In this document: in pieces, positions 30,604 to 41,709 of the stretch
How the letters are laid out: every line of letters begins with the position of its first letter
Position numbering within the stretch: the first letter of the stretch is position 1
NCBI GenBank assembly: GCA_963823335.1
Contig: CAWGLD010000007.1
Span: 160,001-224,000 of the forward strand
DNA length: 64,000 nt
Direction of reading: 5' to 3'
DNA from: an uncultured delta proteobacterium
Lineage (GTDB): Bacteria > Desulfobacterota > Desulfobacteria > Desulfobacterales > B30-G6
The notes under the pieces: model-generated
Databases searched by the model: none
The model's input: only the letters and a program-made list of their open reading frames with translations
Told to the model about the DNA's origin: nothing
Position numbers and translations under genes: made by a program

Positions 30604-31512
30604 TTACTCAAACCCTCCAACCCTCCTTCTCATACACACCACCCGGTCATTTCCGGCGTAATCCTTTCGAACGGATACGGCCTCGTAATGCCCATCAGCG
30701 CCGGCTATTGCCGTCACAGTGTCTTTCTGGTTGTATCCGATCTCCATTATCAGGTGGCCGCCCGGTTTCAGGCATGGCCACACATTTTGAACAAGATATC
30801 GCAGACACACCAGACCATCGGCACCCGCATCGAGGGCCGACAAGGGTTCGTAACGATAAATTTCGGCCTGCAGATTCGGAATATCGCCACTTGGGACATA
30901 GGGCGGATTCGACACGATCAGATCAAATGGTTTGGCCGATGTCCGCAACGGGCCCAGCCAGTCCCCCGTAAAAAAATGAACATCGGTCAATCCATTTTCT
31001 GCGGCATTGGCTTTGGCAAGAACGGTTGCCTTTTCCGAAATATCGGAAGCAAAATATAGGGGGCCTTGACACTGGGAAGCGATGGAAAGAACAATAGCAC
31101 CGGAGCCGGTTCCCAGGTCGAGAACACGATAAGGCGGATCAGGGCTTTCTTGATCCAGGATAGCCAGAGCTGTTTCCACCAGACACTCGGTATCGGGTCT
31201 GGGAATCAGGACATCCTGCGTTACCGCCAAAGACAGTGACCAGAACTCCTTGTTGCCCACAATGTAAGCTACGGGTTCCCTCTTTCGCCGGCGTTGAGCC
31301 AGTTGTTTGAATGCTGAGAGTTCATCCTTGTTCAGGGGGCGATCATATTGCAAATAGAGATCAATCCGTTGCAGCTGAAGTGCATGAGACAACAATATTT
31401 CAGCGGTTGCTCTGGGGCTGTCGATATGGTGTGATTTAAAATAGGATGCCGCCCAATTGATTAGCTTAAGAATGGTCCAAGGGTTGTTCCTGTCTGTCGC
31501 CTGAGTGTTCAT
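30604..31512 (-). CDS. prmC: Release factor glutamine methyltransferase
   Basis: [23 protein letters not shown]. Confidence 0.95.
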   Translation of the reverse strand: MNTQATDRNNPWTILKLINWAASYFKSHHIDSPRATAEILLSHALQLQRIDLYLQYDRPLNKDELSAFKQLAQRRRKREPVAYIVGNKEFWSLSLAVTQDVLIPRPDTECLVETALAILDQESPDPPYRVLDLGTGSGAIVLSIASQCQGPLYFASDISEKATVLAKANAAENGLTDVHFFTGDWLGPLRTSAKPFDLIVSNPPYVPSGDIPNLQAEIYRYEPLSALDAGADGLVCLRYLVQNVWPCLKPGGHLIMEIGYNQKDTVTAIAGADGHYEAVSVRKDYAGNDRVVCMRRRVGGFE

Positions 31513-32566
31513 TCTTCAATGCCTGGGCCTGGTAATAGGTTGTCAGTTCATCCACGATTTCGTCGATATCGCCCTGCAGGATGCTTTCCAGTCTGTAGAG
31601 GGTAAGACCAATGCGATGATCCGTTACCCTTCCCTGGGGAAAGTTGTAGGTTCGGATCCGTTCGCTTCGGTCACCACTGCCCACCTGGCTCTTGCGCTCT
31701 TGGGACCGTTTTTCGTCCTGTTCCCGTATCTTGGCATCGAGCAGGCGAGCACTCAGAACCTTCATGGCTTTGGCTTTGTTTTTGTGCTGCGACTTCTCGT
31801 CCTGGCAGGTTACAACGACACCGGTGGGAAGATGGGTGAGGCGCACGGCCGAGTCCGTTGTGTTGACGGACTGCCCTCCTGGACCGGTTGATCGGAAAAC
31901 ATCGACCTTGATATCGTTCGGATCGATGTCGATATCCACCTCTTCCGCCTCAGGCAAAACAGCCACGGTAACGGCGGATGTATGGATGCGGCCCTGGGTC
32001 TCCGTCGCAGGGACCCTTTGAACACGATGGGTACCGCTCTCGTACTTGAGACGACTGTAGGCGTTTTTGCCCTTGACCATCGCAATGATTTCCTTCAGCC
32101 CACCGACACCTGTTGCATGATGGCCCAGAATCTCCACCTGCCAGTTCGTTATCTCGGCAAAACGCTGGTACATTTTAAAAAGATCGCTGGCAAACAGCCC
32201 GGCCTCCTCTCCACCGGTACCGGCCCGGATTTCGATAATAACATTCTTACCGTCCAGGGGATCTTTGGGGATCAGATGTTTTTTGAGTTCCGCCTCCAGG
32301 GACGCTTTCTTTTCATTCAAACGATCGATCTCATCCCTTGCCAGCATGTTGATTTCCGGATCCTCGTCCTTAAGAAGCTCCAGACTTTCATCGATTCCGA
32401 CAGCGACGGCCTGATAGTCCATAAATACGGCCACGATTTTACTGAGGTCTGAATGCTCGCGGGCATACTTCTGGTATACTTCCTGATCCTGAATAATCTT
32501 TGGATCGCTCAGAAGTCCTTCGAGTTTATAATATCGTTTTTCAATGCCGATCAGTTTGTCAAACAT
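31466..32566 (-). CDS. prfA: Peptide chain release factor 1
   Basis: [15 protein letters not shown] (PxT), GGQ motif, [15 protein letters not shown]. Confidence 0.97.
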   Translation of the reverse strand: MFDKLIGIEKRYYKLEGLLSDPKIIQDQEVYQKYAREHSDLSKIVAVFMDYQAVAVGIDESLELLKDEDPEINMLARDEIDRLNEKKASLEAELKKHLIPKDPLDGKNVIIEIRAGTGGEEAGLFASDLFKMYQRFAEITNWQVEILGHHATGVGGLKEIIAMVKGKNAYSRLKYESGTHRVQRVPATETQGRIHTSAVTVAVLPEAEEVDIDIDPNDIKVDVFRSTGPGGQSVNTTDSAVRLTHLPTGVVVTCQDEKSQHKNKAKAMKVLSARLLDAKIREQDEKRSQERKSQVGSGDRSERIRTYNFPQGRVTDHRIGLTLYRLESILQGDIDEIVDELTTYYQAQALKNEHSGDRQEQPLDHS

Positions 32567-32724
32567 GGCAGCCTGCTATGTCCATCGCATCCGTTAAAAC
32601 ACATGATTCCGGCACACCTCTTAACGCCGAAACAGCTCGACGGGCGTTAAACACAAAAACACGAAAACGCCTGGTTTCGTGCTTTTGTGTTTGGGGCAAG
32701 GTCCCCGGTTCATTCGCTAACGGT

Positions 32725-32943
32725 TCAGTTATCCGCCTTATCTTGAAATTTCGCGTATTTTCTGCGAAATCTTTCAATGCGGCCGGCTGTATCGATGAGC
32801 TTTTGTTTCCCAGTGAAAAAAGGGTGACATTTGGAGCAGATCTCAACGCTGATATTCTCTTTGGTCGAGCCAACCTCCAAAATGTTGCCACATGCACATT
32901 TGATGTTTGTTTCCGTATACTTCGGATGAATGTCCGCTTTCAT
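32725..32943 (-). CDS. rpmE: 50S ribosomal protein L31
   Basis: MKADIHPKY...CACG...[10 protein letters not shown]. Confidence 0.97.
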   Translation of the reverse strand: MKADIHPKYTETNIKCACGNILEVGSTKENISVEICSKCHPFFTGKQKLIDTAGRIERFRRKYAKFQDKADN

Positions 32944-32960
32944 TTAATAGTAACCCCCTG

Positions 32961-34208
32961 TTATGTGTTCATAGATTCCAGAAAATCTTTATTATCCTTT
33001 GTTCCGGTCATTTTTTCAAGTAAAAATTCGAGTGAATCCACCGGATTTAAGGAAGAAAGCAATTTTCTCAATATCCATACTCGGTTTAATGTCTTTTCAT
33101 CAAGCAACAGTTCTTCTTTTCGGGTCCCTGATTTGTTGATATCGATAGCCGGAAAGAGTCGTTTGTCCGATAGTCTTCTGTCCAGCTGGAGTTCCATGTT
33201 TCCAGTGCCCTTGAATTCCTCAAAAATGACCTCATCCATACGACTGCCGGTATCGACAAGTGCGGTTGCAATAATGGTGAGACTGCCGCCCTCTTCGATG
33301 TTTCGTGCCGCGCCAAAAAATCTCTTTGGACGTTGAAGGGCATTGGAATCCACACCGCCCGAAAGAATCTTACCGCTGGGCGGCATGACGGAGTTGTAGG
33401 CCCTGGCCAAACGCGTAATACTGTCCAGCAGAATAATGACATTCTTTTTGTGCTCTACGAGTCTCTTGGCCTTTTCAATCACCATTTCGGCCACCTGAAC
33501 ATGTCTTTCAGCAGGTTCGTCGAAGGTGGAACTGATTACCTCTCCCTTGACCGATCTCTGCATATCGGTAACCTCTTCAGGCCGCTCATCGATCAACAAG
33601 ACAAATAACTCAACATCCTTATGGCTGGCCACAATACTGTTGGCAATAAATTGCAGCAACATGGTCTTGCCTGTTCTGGGTGGAGATACGATCAAGCCCC
33701 TCTGACCAAACCCGATGGGCGTCATGAGATCCATAATACGTGTCGAATAGTTATCTTTGTCGGATTCAAGATTTACCTTTTTGTCAGGATACAGGGGCGT
33801 CAAGTTATCAAAAAGGATCTTGTCGCGCGCAACTTCCGGGTCTTCATAGTTGACGGCCTCAACTTTCAGAAGCGCAAAATATCGCTCAGATTCCTTTGGT
33901 TGACGAATCTGACCCGAAACAGTGTCACCGGTACGCAAGTTGAAGCGGCGTATCTGTGATGGAGACACGTAGATATCATCCGGACCGGGCAGATAGTTGT
34001 AGTTGGGTGCCCTCAGAAAGCCGAAACCGTCCGGCAGAATTTCCAATGTGCCTTCTCCGAATATCAGCCCATCTTTCTCTATCTGGGCTTGAAGCAGGGC
34101 AAAAATAAGCTCCTGTTTGCGCATGCCGGCAGCCTGATCTATTTTAAGATCCTTGGCCATTTTGGCGAGTTGACTGATCTTCATGTCTTTTAGTTCAACA
34201 ATATTCAT
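32961..34208 (-). CDS. rho: Transcription termination factor Rho
   Basis: [29 protein letters not shown]. Confidence 0.98.
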   Translation of the reverse strand: MNIVELKDMKISQLAKMAKDLKIDQAAGMRKQELIFALLQAQIEKDGLIFGEGTLEILPDGFGFLRAPNYNYLPGPDDIYVSPSQIRRFNLRTGDTVSGQIRQPKESERYFALLKVEAVNYEDPEVARDKILFDNLTPLYPDKKVNLESDKDNYSTRIMDLMTPIGFGQRGLIVSPPRTGKTMLLQFIANSIVASHKDVELFVLLIDERPEEVTDMQRSVKGEVISSTFDEPAERHVQVAEMVIEKAKRLVEHKKNVIILLDSITRLARAYNSVMPPSGKILSGGVDSNALQRPKRFFGAARNIEEGGSLTIIATALVDTGSRMDEVIFEEFKGTGNMELQLDRRLSDKRLFPAIDINKSGTRKEELLLDEKTLNRVWILRKLLSSLNPVDSLEFLLEKMTGTKDNKDFLESMNT

Positions 34209-34668
34209 TTGTTACCTACCTCTTTGATTAATGTGACTATCGATTTCAGCAATGTAAAGAAAAACTAAATTGCAGGCGGCTTATAGTCTGCTAGTCGTGT
34301 CGAGGAAATTTCGAGTGTTTTGTGATATTCTTAACCTTGCAGATGTTTTTTAACCCCTCAGAAAAAAAGATTCCCCCTGCCCCCGAACCATGCGATACCA
34401 AAAAAACAGGCAGATTTTTGGATACATGATAGTGCCTGAAACATTTGTATCAAAGGGTTGCAGCGTCGACAGGACGCTCATCACATTGCTTGAGATGGGT
34501 TGCAGGTATTTTTCAAAAGGCGGGTCCGTGCCTTGATTTACTGTATAGATAATTCATGATTGCGTGCCTGTCAAGCTTTTTGGTAGAAACATAGTGGAAA
34601 ATATAATCCTTAAACCGATCATATCTGTATTGACCTATTCATTAAAAACCGCATAGGCTTACGAGGTC

Positions 34669-36078
34669 ATGAACCATTTCAACATAGATCCTCTCCCCAG
34701 GAAAAAGGGCGTTTATATCGTAGGCGGTTCTTTGAGGGATCGTTTTTTAGGCAGAACCCCCACAGATGTGGATATCGCTGTTCATGGTGATGCAGAGCAG
34801 TTTGCCCACGAACTGGCCACAAAACTGAACAGCCGTGTCATTGCCATGGGCAGGCAGACGCATTCTATGTTTCGTGTGGTCAGCCAAAACCGTATCTTCG
34901 ATATTTCACCCCTGCAGGGTGCCACCATTGAAGAAGATCTTAAAAATCGGGATTTTACGATCAACGCCCTGGCCTATGAAACAGTGTCGGCAAAAGTCAT
35001 CGATATCGCCCGTGGGCTTCAGGATATCCAGGACAGGCAGATCCGACAGGTTTCAAATACCTGTTTTCAGTCAGACCCCTTACGCCTCCTGAGAGCATTT
35101 CGAATCGCAGCCCAACTGGGCTTCAAAATAGAAAAACAGACCCTCGAGACACTCCGGAACAACACCCATCTGATCACCGATACTGCCGCCGAGCGAATAC
35201 GCTCAGAGCTGTTCGGCATCCTTGGGACATCGGACACCCATGACTGGCTGCGGAAAATGGCCGATACCGGGATTTTATTTCGTATTCTGCCGGAAATGAT
35301 CGCCATGAAAGGCTGCCCTCAAAACAGCTACCATGCCTTCGATGTTTTTGAACACACTATCCGAACAGTTCATCACGTTGAAGAGTTGACCACCCAGGAC
35401 CAACGTGATGACCTGGATCCTCGACCCTTGACGGCACCCATGGATATGCCCCGCCAAATCCGCCTGAAATTGTCAGCCTTGCTGCATGACTTGGGCAAAC
35501 CGCTGAACATGCAGCGAACCATTGGCGGTCGGGTCAGGTTTACGGGTCACGCCTTCACCGGCGCGCGGATGGTGGGCGGCCTTGGTGAGAGGCTTCGATT
35601 TTCCCGCAACGAGATCGAACATGCCGTAAAGATGGTTCGATTTCATCTCAGACCGCTGTTCCTGTTTAACGCCAGGCAGAAAAATACTTTGACGCAAAGA
35701 AGTATCACCCGGTTCTTCTTGAAAACGCATGCCGTTACCGCTGACATACTCCTGCTTTCCCTGGCCGACATGCGAGCAAAGCAGGTTTCTGCATATGCGG
35801 CGGACTCTGGATTTGAGCTGTTTATCAGGGAATTGATTCACCAGTATGAATCCGTTTTCAGGCCGTCCCTTGAAACCCCCGCCCTCATATCCGGTCATGA
35901 CCTGGTCCATTACCTGCAGCTGACACCCTCACCCCTGTTTAAACAGATTCTTGCCTGTACAAGAGAACATCAACTGACCGGCCAGATAACGACCCGTAAA
36001 GAGGCACTCAAATTAGCGGCGGATGCAATCACCAACAATGCACCCTTGGAGCTTGACATTGCTAAGCGGTTTTTGTAG
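34669..36078 (+). CDS. CCA-adding enzyme/poly(A) polymerase family nucleotidyltransferase with HD domain
   Basis: YIVGGSLRD, DVDIA, RDFTINA, DPLRLLRAFR, LLHDLGK. Confidence 0.88.
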   Translation: MNHFNIDPLPRKKGVYIVGGSLRDRFLGRTPTDVDIAVHGDAEQFAHELATKLNSRVIAMGRQTHSMFRVVSQNRIFDISPLQGATIEEDLKNRDFTINALAYETVSAKVIDIARGLQDIQDRQIRQVSNTCFQSDPLRLLRAFRIAAQLGFKIEKQTLETLRNNTHLITDTAAERIRSELFGILGTSDTHDWLRKMADTGILFRILPEMIAMKGCPQNSYHAFDVFEHTIRTVHHVEELTTQDQRDDLDPRPLTAPMDMPRQIRLKLSALLHDLGKPLNMQRTIGGRVRFTGHAFTGARMVGGLGERLRFSRNEIEHAVKMVRFHLRPLFLFNARQKNTLTQRSITRFFLKTHAVTADILLLSLADMRAKQVSAYAADSGFELFIRELIHQYESVFRPSLETPALISGHDLVHYLQLTPSPLFKQILACTREHQLTGQITTRKEALKLAADAITNNAPLELDIAKRFL

Positions 36079-36179
36079 AAGCTGTAATTGTTCAGGCACA
36101 TAGACTGCAGGCTTTGAGACTGAAAGCGTAGACCGTATATGACCACACGCAGTATCTAGAAGCTATAGCCTTCAGCCGA

Positions 36180-36300
36180 GTCAACTACCACCCGTGAAAC
36201 GGGTGGCTTGGATTTCCCCCAAAATGGGGGAAAAACAAAGGAGACGGCACGTCTCCGTAAGTTCAGGTTCGGAACCGCGTGCCAAGCACGCGGTTTGTAG
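36180..36300. mobile_element. Probable non-autonomous IS200/IS605-derived hairpin element
   Basis: GTCAACTA + CCACCCGT-GAA-ACGGGTGG + CTTG resembles IS605/IscB-type ends; terminal hairpin AACCGCGTGC-CAA-GCACGCGGTT. Confidence 0.5.
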
Positions 36301-36364
36301 AACAATCAAGTTTGATCGTAGATTATTAATTATACAATAGGGATTCAAAAAAAAGGAGACGTAC

Positions 36365-37039
36365 ATGAACATTTTATTTTTCGGTCCAAATGGCAGTGGC
36401 AAAGGTACTCAAGGATCTATCGTCAAGGATAAATACCAGACCCCTCACATCGAATCGGGTGCTATTTTTCGTGAAAACATTTCCAATGGCACTGAACTCG
36501 GGGCCCAGGCCAAAGCGTACATAGACAAAGGCGACCTGGTTCCTGACGACATCACCATCCCCATGATTCTCGACCGCCTTCAGCGTGATGATTGTAAAGC
36601 TGGATGGCTGCTGGATGGTTTTCCGAGAAACAAGAACCAGGCCATCAAGCTGGACGAGGCCCTCAAGGCGGCCGGTATGCGTCTCGATATTGTCGTAGAG
36701 ATCCTGCTGGACCGTGAAATAGCCAAAAACAGAATCATGGGCCGCAGACTATGTGAAAATGACAACAATCACCCCAACAATATCTTTATCGATGTCATCA
36801 AACCGGACGGTGACAACTGTCGTGTCTGCGGTGGTGGCCTGAAAACACGCGATGATGACCAGGACGAAGAAGCCATCAACAAACGGCACAATATCTATTA
36901 TGACACCGAGGTGGGCACGTTGGCATCCGCTTACTACTTTAGAGATCTTGCGCAACAGGGGCAAAACCTCAAATATATTACCCTGAATGGCGAGCCCAGC
37001 GTCAAGGACGTCACCAACGAACTGCTTTCAAAGTTGTAA
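36365..37039 (+). CDS. adk: Adenylate kinase
   Basis: GPNGSGKGTQ, GDLVPD, LDGFPR, Cys/His LID. Confidence 0.96.
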   Translation: MNILFFGPNGSGKGTQGSIVKDKYQTPHIESGAIFRENISNGTELGAQAKAYIDKGDLVPDDITIPMILDRLQRDDCKAGWLLDGFPRNKNQAIKLDEALKAAGMRLDIVVEILLDREIAKNRIMGRRLCENDNNHPNNIFIDVIKPDGDNCRVCGGGLKTRDDDQDEEAINKRHNIYYDTEVGTLASAYYFRDLAQQGQNLKYITLNGEPSVKDVTNELLSKL

Positions 37040-37182
37040 ATGGCTCTCAGGAGCAAACGACCATCCGTGAAATCATTTTTTTGCTTGCAATTTGATTTAT
37101 AAGTCATTATAAATGCCTGTTTACATAATTGACGATCGAGAATGCTGTTGCATATTTCGTGGAGAAAAGGGGGCGATGTAGT

Positions 37183-37386
37183 TTGAAGGCTATTGAAGTA
37201 AAGGTTTACGATAATGACCTTGAAAAAGCCATGCGGATCTTGAAGAAAAAAATTCAGAACGACGGACTTTTCAAACGGTTAAAACTCAAAAAAAGTTATG
37301 AAAAACCGAGTGAATACAGACGACGAAAACAGCGCGAAGCACTAAGACGTCAGCGGATAGCTGCTTCAAGACGCAGGTACCGATAA
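37183..37386 (+). CDS. rpsU: 30S ribosomal protein S21
   Basis: LEKAMRILKKK...YEKPSE.RRRK; TTG start. Confidence 0.93.
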   Translation: MKAIEVKVYDNDLEKAMRILKKKIQNDGLFKRLKLKKSYEKPSEYRRRKQREALRRQRIAASRRRYR

Positions 37387-37404
37387 GCTTTTGCTCATTT
37401 TTTT

Positions 37405-37442
37405 GCCCGGCAGCGTTTCCATAAACTGCCGGGTTTTTTTTT
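37405..37442 (+). terminator. Intrinsic terminator after rpsU
   Basis: CCCGGCAG...CTGCCGGG followed by T run. Confidence 0.85.
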
Positions 37443-37513
37443 GAGCTTTAAGCTGTAAGCCGTAGGTCATAAGCCGCTTATAGCTTAAAGCTAATAGCTC
37501 AGGGCTAATATAA

Positions 37514-38812
37514 ATGCATACCCATCAAACTTACAACGACTGTCTGACCGCCATGTACAGCCTCAGAAGATTCGGTATCAAGATGGGGCTTTCAACCATC
37601 AGGCGTATTTTGAAGGAACTCGGAAACCCGCAGGATAATTTTGGTTGCATTCATGTGGCGGGCACCAACGGAAAGGGCTCCATTGCCTCGGGTATCGCTT
37701 CTATCTTGAATGCCGCCGGATACCGGACCGGACTGTACACCTCCCCTCATCTGGTAACTTTCAATGAGCGGATCAGCATCAATGGCAGCCACATATCCAA
37801 TGCCAGAGTTGTGGCAGCCTACCATGCCGTCAAAAACGTCCATAAGGGTTCCCGGGAGCCAACCTTCTTCGAATTTTCGACAGCCATGGCTTTCTATGAT
37901 TTTGGCCGGGAAGGAATTGACTGGGCCGTCATTGAAACCGGTATGGGTGGGCGACTCGATGCCACCAATATCGTCAGGCCGGCCGTCAGTATCATTTCCA
38001 ACCTGTCACTGGAGCACCGGGAATACCTGGGCGACACCCTGGCGCAAATTGCCGCTGAAAAGGGCGGCATCATAAAAAAGGGCGTACCCGTTGTCACAGG
38101 TGTCAGACAACCAGGGGCGCTGTCCGTACTGACCGACATCGCTGCCGCAAAATCAGCCCCTGTCTTCCGTCTGGGAAAACACTTTCGGGTGCGCAGGAAA
38201 TCAGGCAGCACTTTTACCTTTTTCGGTATCCAGAACCGATGGCCAGACATGAAAACCCGTCTCATGGGCAGGCACCAGATCGACAATGCCGCCATCTCCC
38301 TGGCTGCATGTGAACTCCTGAATCGTGGTGGGGTTTCCATCTCGGAAGATAACTGCCGACAGGGCCTGTTGAACCTGAGCTGGCCTGGCAGGCTCGAAGT
38401 TGTTTGCGAGTCCCCCAGGATCATCCTGGACGGGGCTCACAATCTGATCGCTGCCCGAAAACTGGCCGCCTTCCTGGCAAAGGAAACAGACCAGCGTCCC
38501 ATCACCATGGTCATCGGTATCCTGGACGACAAACCATATGAAGCCATGTTGTCGGCCCTCATTCCTGTCACAAAAAAGGTGATATTCACCCGACCCAAAA
38601 TCGATCGAGGCCTGCCCCCGGAAACGCTGTATGAAGAAGCCCGTCAATATGGGAAGGAGATGACGATCTTGCCGGATGTCCACCAGGCTGTCCAGCAGGC
38701 AGTCAACCAGGCAGCACCCGATGATGTCATCTGCATTGCCGGCTCCCTTTACGTCGTCGGTGAAGCCAAGACGTCCCTTTCTCAACACCTGCCACCGAAC
38801 CTTTGCACTTGA
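37514..38812 (+). CDS. folC: Folylpolyglutamate synthase/dihydrofolate synthase
   Basis: HVAGTNGKGS, YTSPHL, ETGMGGRLDATN, LDGAHN, GSLY. Confidence 0.95.
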   Translation: MHTHQTYNDCLTAMYSLRRFGIKMGLSTIRRILKELGNPQDNFGCIHVAGTNGKGSIASGIASILNAAGYRTGLYTSPHLVTFNERISINGSHISNARVVAAYHAVKNVHKGSREPTFFEFSTAMAFYDFGREGIDWAVIETGMGGRLDATNIVRPAVSIISNLSLEHREYLGDTLAQIAAEKGGIIKKGVPVVTGVRQPGALSVLTDIAAAKSAPVFRLGKHFRVRRKSGSTFTFFGIQNRWPDMKTRLMGRHQIDNAAISLAACELLNRGGVSISEDNCRQGLLNLSWPGRLEVVCESPRIILDGAHNLIAARKLAAFLAKETDQRPITMVIGILDDKPYEAMLSALIPVTKKVIFTRPKIDRGLPPETLYEEARQYGKEMTILPDVHQAVQQAVNQAAPDDVICIAGSLYVVGEAKTSLSQHLPPNLCT

Positions 38813-38845
38813 CAGAAACATCCGCTTCACTTACTTATGCCCCAT

Positions 38846-38921
38846 GCGCCCGTAGCTCAGTGGATAGAGCGTCAGCCTCCGGAGCTGAAAGCCGCTGGTT
38901 CGATCCCAGCCGGGCGTACCA
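38846..38921 (+). tRNA. tRNA-Arg(CCG)
   Basis: Cloverleaf GCGCCCG...CGGGCGT-ACCA; anticodon arm TCAGC-CTCCGGA-GCTGA; GGTTCGATCC T-loop. Confidence 0.96.
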
Positions 38922-38929
38922 TAAATAAT

Positions 38930-38965
38930 AGCAGGGACTGTAGAAGTGATTCTGAGTCCCTGTTT
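38930..38965 (+). terminator. Hairpin after tRNA-Arg
   Basis: AGCAGGGACT...AGTCCCTGTTT. Confidence 0.55.
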
Positions 38966-39358
38966 CATTTTGACAGATTGCTATACCCAACACTATATCC
39001 AAAAGCTGATCCAACAATGGCCTGACAATGAAACAGAGCACTGACCTTTTAGAAAGCACCATCGCCCTCATCAAGGATACCCTATATTGAAAATCCCGCT
39101 GTAAAATAGCCTAAATCTCTTTAACTTTATCATTGCCAGTTATCGGATAATTGATAAAGCTCTAATCATACATCACAAGTTCGGCATTAAATAAACTTTG
39201 CAATTAGGAAGAACTCTGTTTAAGTAGGCATAAAGTTTTACATGCATTAGTTAACAAATGAATAATACTACCGGTCTCGATTTTCTGATGCGGTTTTAGC
39301 AAGGGCAAGACATGGGAATCGTGATCTAAGGAGTAACAACGCTATATAGGGTGACGCT

Positions 39359-39733
39359 ATGAGGATCAAATGGCTTGTTATAATTGCGATATCGTTAATA
39401 ATGATCGGATGCGGGCCACAAACCCGGATTCAAAAGACCTATATTCAAATGGATCATGAAAATGCTGGCGAAGTGATTATTTTCAACTCTTTCGATGAGG
39501 TTGGAAGATCTTACATAAAGGTGGCAGCACTTGAGGTTACCACTCACAAGCCCCCCAATAATACAGAAAGAAACAAAATGATAGAATCCCTCAAATCCAA
39601 GGCTCGCAAAGTTAGTGCAGAGGGTATTGTTATCATTGATGAAGGGCGTCACGTCAGTAGAATACGCTTTGAAGGCCGTTATCGAGATTTCTACATTTTT
39701 TTCATAAAAGGTATCGCAATCGTTTATGAGTAA
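39359..39733 (+). CDS. Hypothetical lipoprotein
   Basis: Lipobox-like LIMIGC; LKSKARKVSAEGIVI. Confidence 0.7.
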   Translation: MRIKWLVIIAISLIMIGCGPQTRIQKTYIQMDHENAGEVIIFNSFDEVGRSYIKVAALEVTTHKPPNNTERNKMIESLKSKARKVSAEGIVIIDEGRHVSRIRFEGRYRDFYIFFIKGIAIVYE

Positions 39734-39782
39734 TACGCCTCAGACTATAACATGTCCTACAGCCCTTTGAATTCTGGTAGTA

Positions 39783-39953
39783 TCTCCAACAATCCGGTAG
39801 ATATCAGACCCCTAATATTTTACCGGTGTGTGAAAATTATCACCACCGACCGAATCTTGCACTGATAGACCCTACCTTGGCATCGTGGGCATAGCCAGAT
39901 GGTATCGGCAATAATTTCGTTGAATTTGATAACTGGACCTATCTCCATGTATC
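39783..39953 (+). repeat. 171-bp array repeat R1
   Basis: TCTCCAAC...TACCGGTGTG...AATCTTGCA...GGTATCGG...TGATAACTGGA..ATCTCCATGTATC. Confidence 0.93.
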
Positions 39954-40020
39954 GGTAGTTGAGTGATATTTGGTTTTCTGAACAGATATCCTAATCAACC
40001 ATCGTGGAAACAGCTAATCC

Positions 40021-40049
40021 TTGACCTCTTTCCCCATGTTATGTATAAA
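40021..40049 (+). promoter_or_regulatory. Sigma70-type promoter
   Basis: TTGACC-17 bp-TATAAA. Confidence 0.65.
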
Positions 40050-40201
40050 TTTAAAGCGCACTTAAATCACAGCTAATCTGATACTGAATAACACTTACAT
40101 CTGACCTGGCCTCCTATTCAATCTGAAAGAACCTTTCCAAGGCATATCATCTTCTATTAACACCCAAGAGGTCTCCCGAGTTTAAGTAAGGAGGAACAAT
40201 C

Positions 40202-41218
40202 ATGAAAACGGCTGCAATCACCGGAAAAGATCGGATGGAAGCTTCCTTTGAAGGAAAAAAATTGGACCGGCACCCTGTATTGCTGTTGCTAGGTGGCCAT
40301 TACGCAGAAATGGCTGGCTACTCCCTTGAGCAGTTTTTAACACAACCGGAAGCTGCCCTGGAGACCTTGAAGCTAACCTGCAAGGAGCTCGATTCTGATG
40401 TCATGTTTGTTCCGCTCAATCCAATGATGCCGGATGCCCTGGAAGCCTTCAGAAAGCTCTTGGGCAAACTGCCGAGCATCAAAAAGGAAGATATCAAAAA
40501 AAAGCTTCCGAAATGGACCGTTAGAAAACCTCGGGAGGATCTACTTTTCAGCGGGCATCTCGACATGTGTGAAACATGTGTCAATGTATTTTCTGAATAC
40601 CATATCGAAACCATGATCGGCGGTCCATGGAGTTTTGCTCTGGAGTTAAGAGGTGCAAACGAAGCAATGCTGGACATATATGACGACAAACCATTCCTTC
40701 ATGACCTCATGAACTACACAACCGAAACCGTTATTGCCAGATGTTTGACTGTCTTGGATATCGGTGTATTCCCCTTCATAGGTGATCCCTCTGCAGGCAT
40801 GAGTCTGATATCACCGGATGTGTATCGAGAGCACGTACTGCCCTATCATAAAAGAATCGTAGATGCAGTGCATGAAAGGGGTGGTCGAATCGCTTTCCAC
40901 ATCTGCGGACACGTGGATCCCATTTTCGAGGACCTCATCGACCTCGGTATCGATGGACTGAGTATCGACGCGCCGTCATCTCTCGAAAAGCTCTTTGAAT
41001 TGGGGAGAGGAAAAACCACGATCATCGGAAATGTGGATCCCATACTCTTTATCGAGGGAACCACTGATCAGCTAGAAGCAGAAGCAAAAAAATGTATGGA
41101 AATCGCCCAGGGGGAAGCCAAATATGTCATTGGTCCAGGCTGTCAGATACCCCTTATGGCAAATCTTGATAACATCCGAGCATTCACAAAAGCCTGCCAC
41201 ACTTACGGAAAGTTTTAG
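40202..41218 (+). CDS. Uroporphyrinogen decarboxylase / MtaA-CmuA family protein
   Basis: GPWSFALELRG, LISPDVYREHVLPY, FHICG, GNVDP, GPGCQIP. Confidence 0.85.
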   Translation: MKTAAITGKDRMEASFEGKKLDRHPVLLLLGGHYAEMAGYSLEQFLTQPEAALETLKLTCKELDSDVMFVPLNPMMPDALEAFRKLLGKLPSIKKEDIKKKLPKWTVRKPREDLLFSGHLDMCETCVNVFSEYHIETMIGGPWSFALELRGANEAMLDIYDDKPFLHDLMNYTTETVIARCLTVLDIGVFPFIGDPSAGMSLISPDVYREHVLPYHKRIVDAVHERGGRIAFHICGHVDPIFEDLIDLGIDGLSIDAPSSLEKLFELGRGKTTIIGNVDPILFIEGTTDQLEAEAKKCMEIAQGEAKYVIGPGCQIPLMANLDNIRAFTKACHTYGKF

Positions 41219-41360
41219 AAGTTATCTCAAAAAAGTTTTTTAGCCCAATTTCTGTGTTGGTCCCTTGCTTCAACTCCTCGGAATACTTGAGTATGCCTGC
41301 GGGTTGAAGTTCGGGCCCGCCTTGAACTTGAGCCAAAATCCTTTTTTTGAGATGGCTCTA
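41216..41360. mobile_element. ERIC-like palindromic element
   Basis: Inverted homolog of 42974-43145; ends TAGAAGTTATCTCAAAAAA / TTTTTTGAGATGGCTCTA; overlaps the preceding TAG stop. Confidence 0.78.
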
Positions 41361-41506
41361 GTCAGAATATTTCATAAAGAATTTCGATTAATCTGCAGTG
41401 ATTGGATTTGGCGCGAAATTTGAACTACAACATGTGACTATGAACGAATAATTGAAAATATCTGGCACGTATCTCAGGATTTTAAAAATCTTAGAAACCT
41501 GAAATC

Positions 41507-41677
41507 TCTCCAACAAAAACAAGGTTATCCGGCACCTGAAATTTTACCGGTGTGCGATTATTATCACAACAGACAGAATCTTGTATTCATAGGTCCTTCC
41601 GTGATACCGTGGTGATCACCAGATGGTATCGGTAATAATTTCATCGTATCTGATAACTGGACATCTCTCCATCTATC
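41507..41677 (+). repeat. 171-bp array repeat R2
   Basis: Colinear with R1; ATCTCTCCA at both ends. Confidence 0.93.
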
Positions 41678-41709
41678 ACCATGCCAAAAGTTAGCATTCA
41701 GGGGATGCA

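Noticed and set aside
39135-39165. TTATCGGATAATTG resembling the right arm of R11
   Set aside because: Too short and lacking box B; may be chance.
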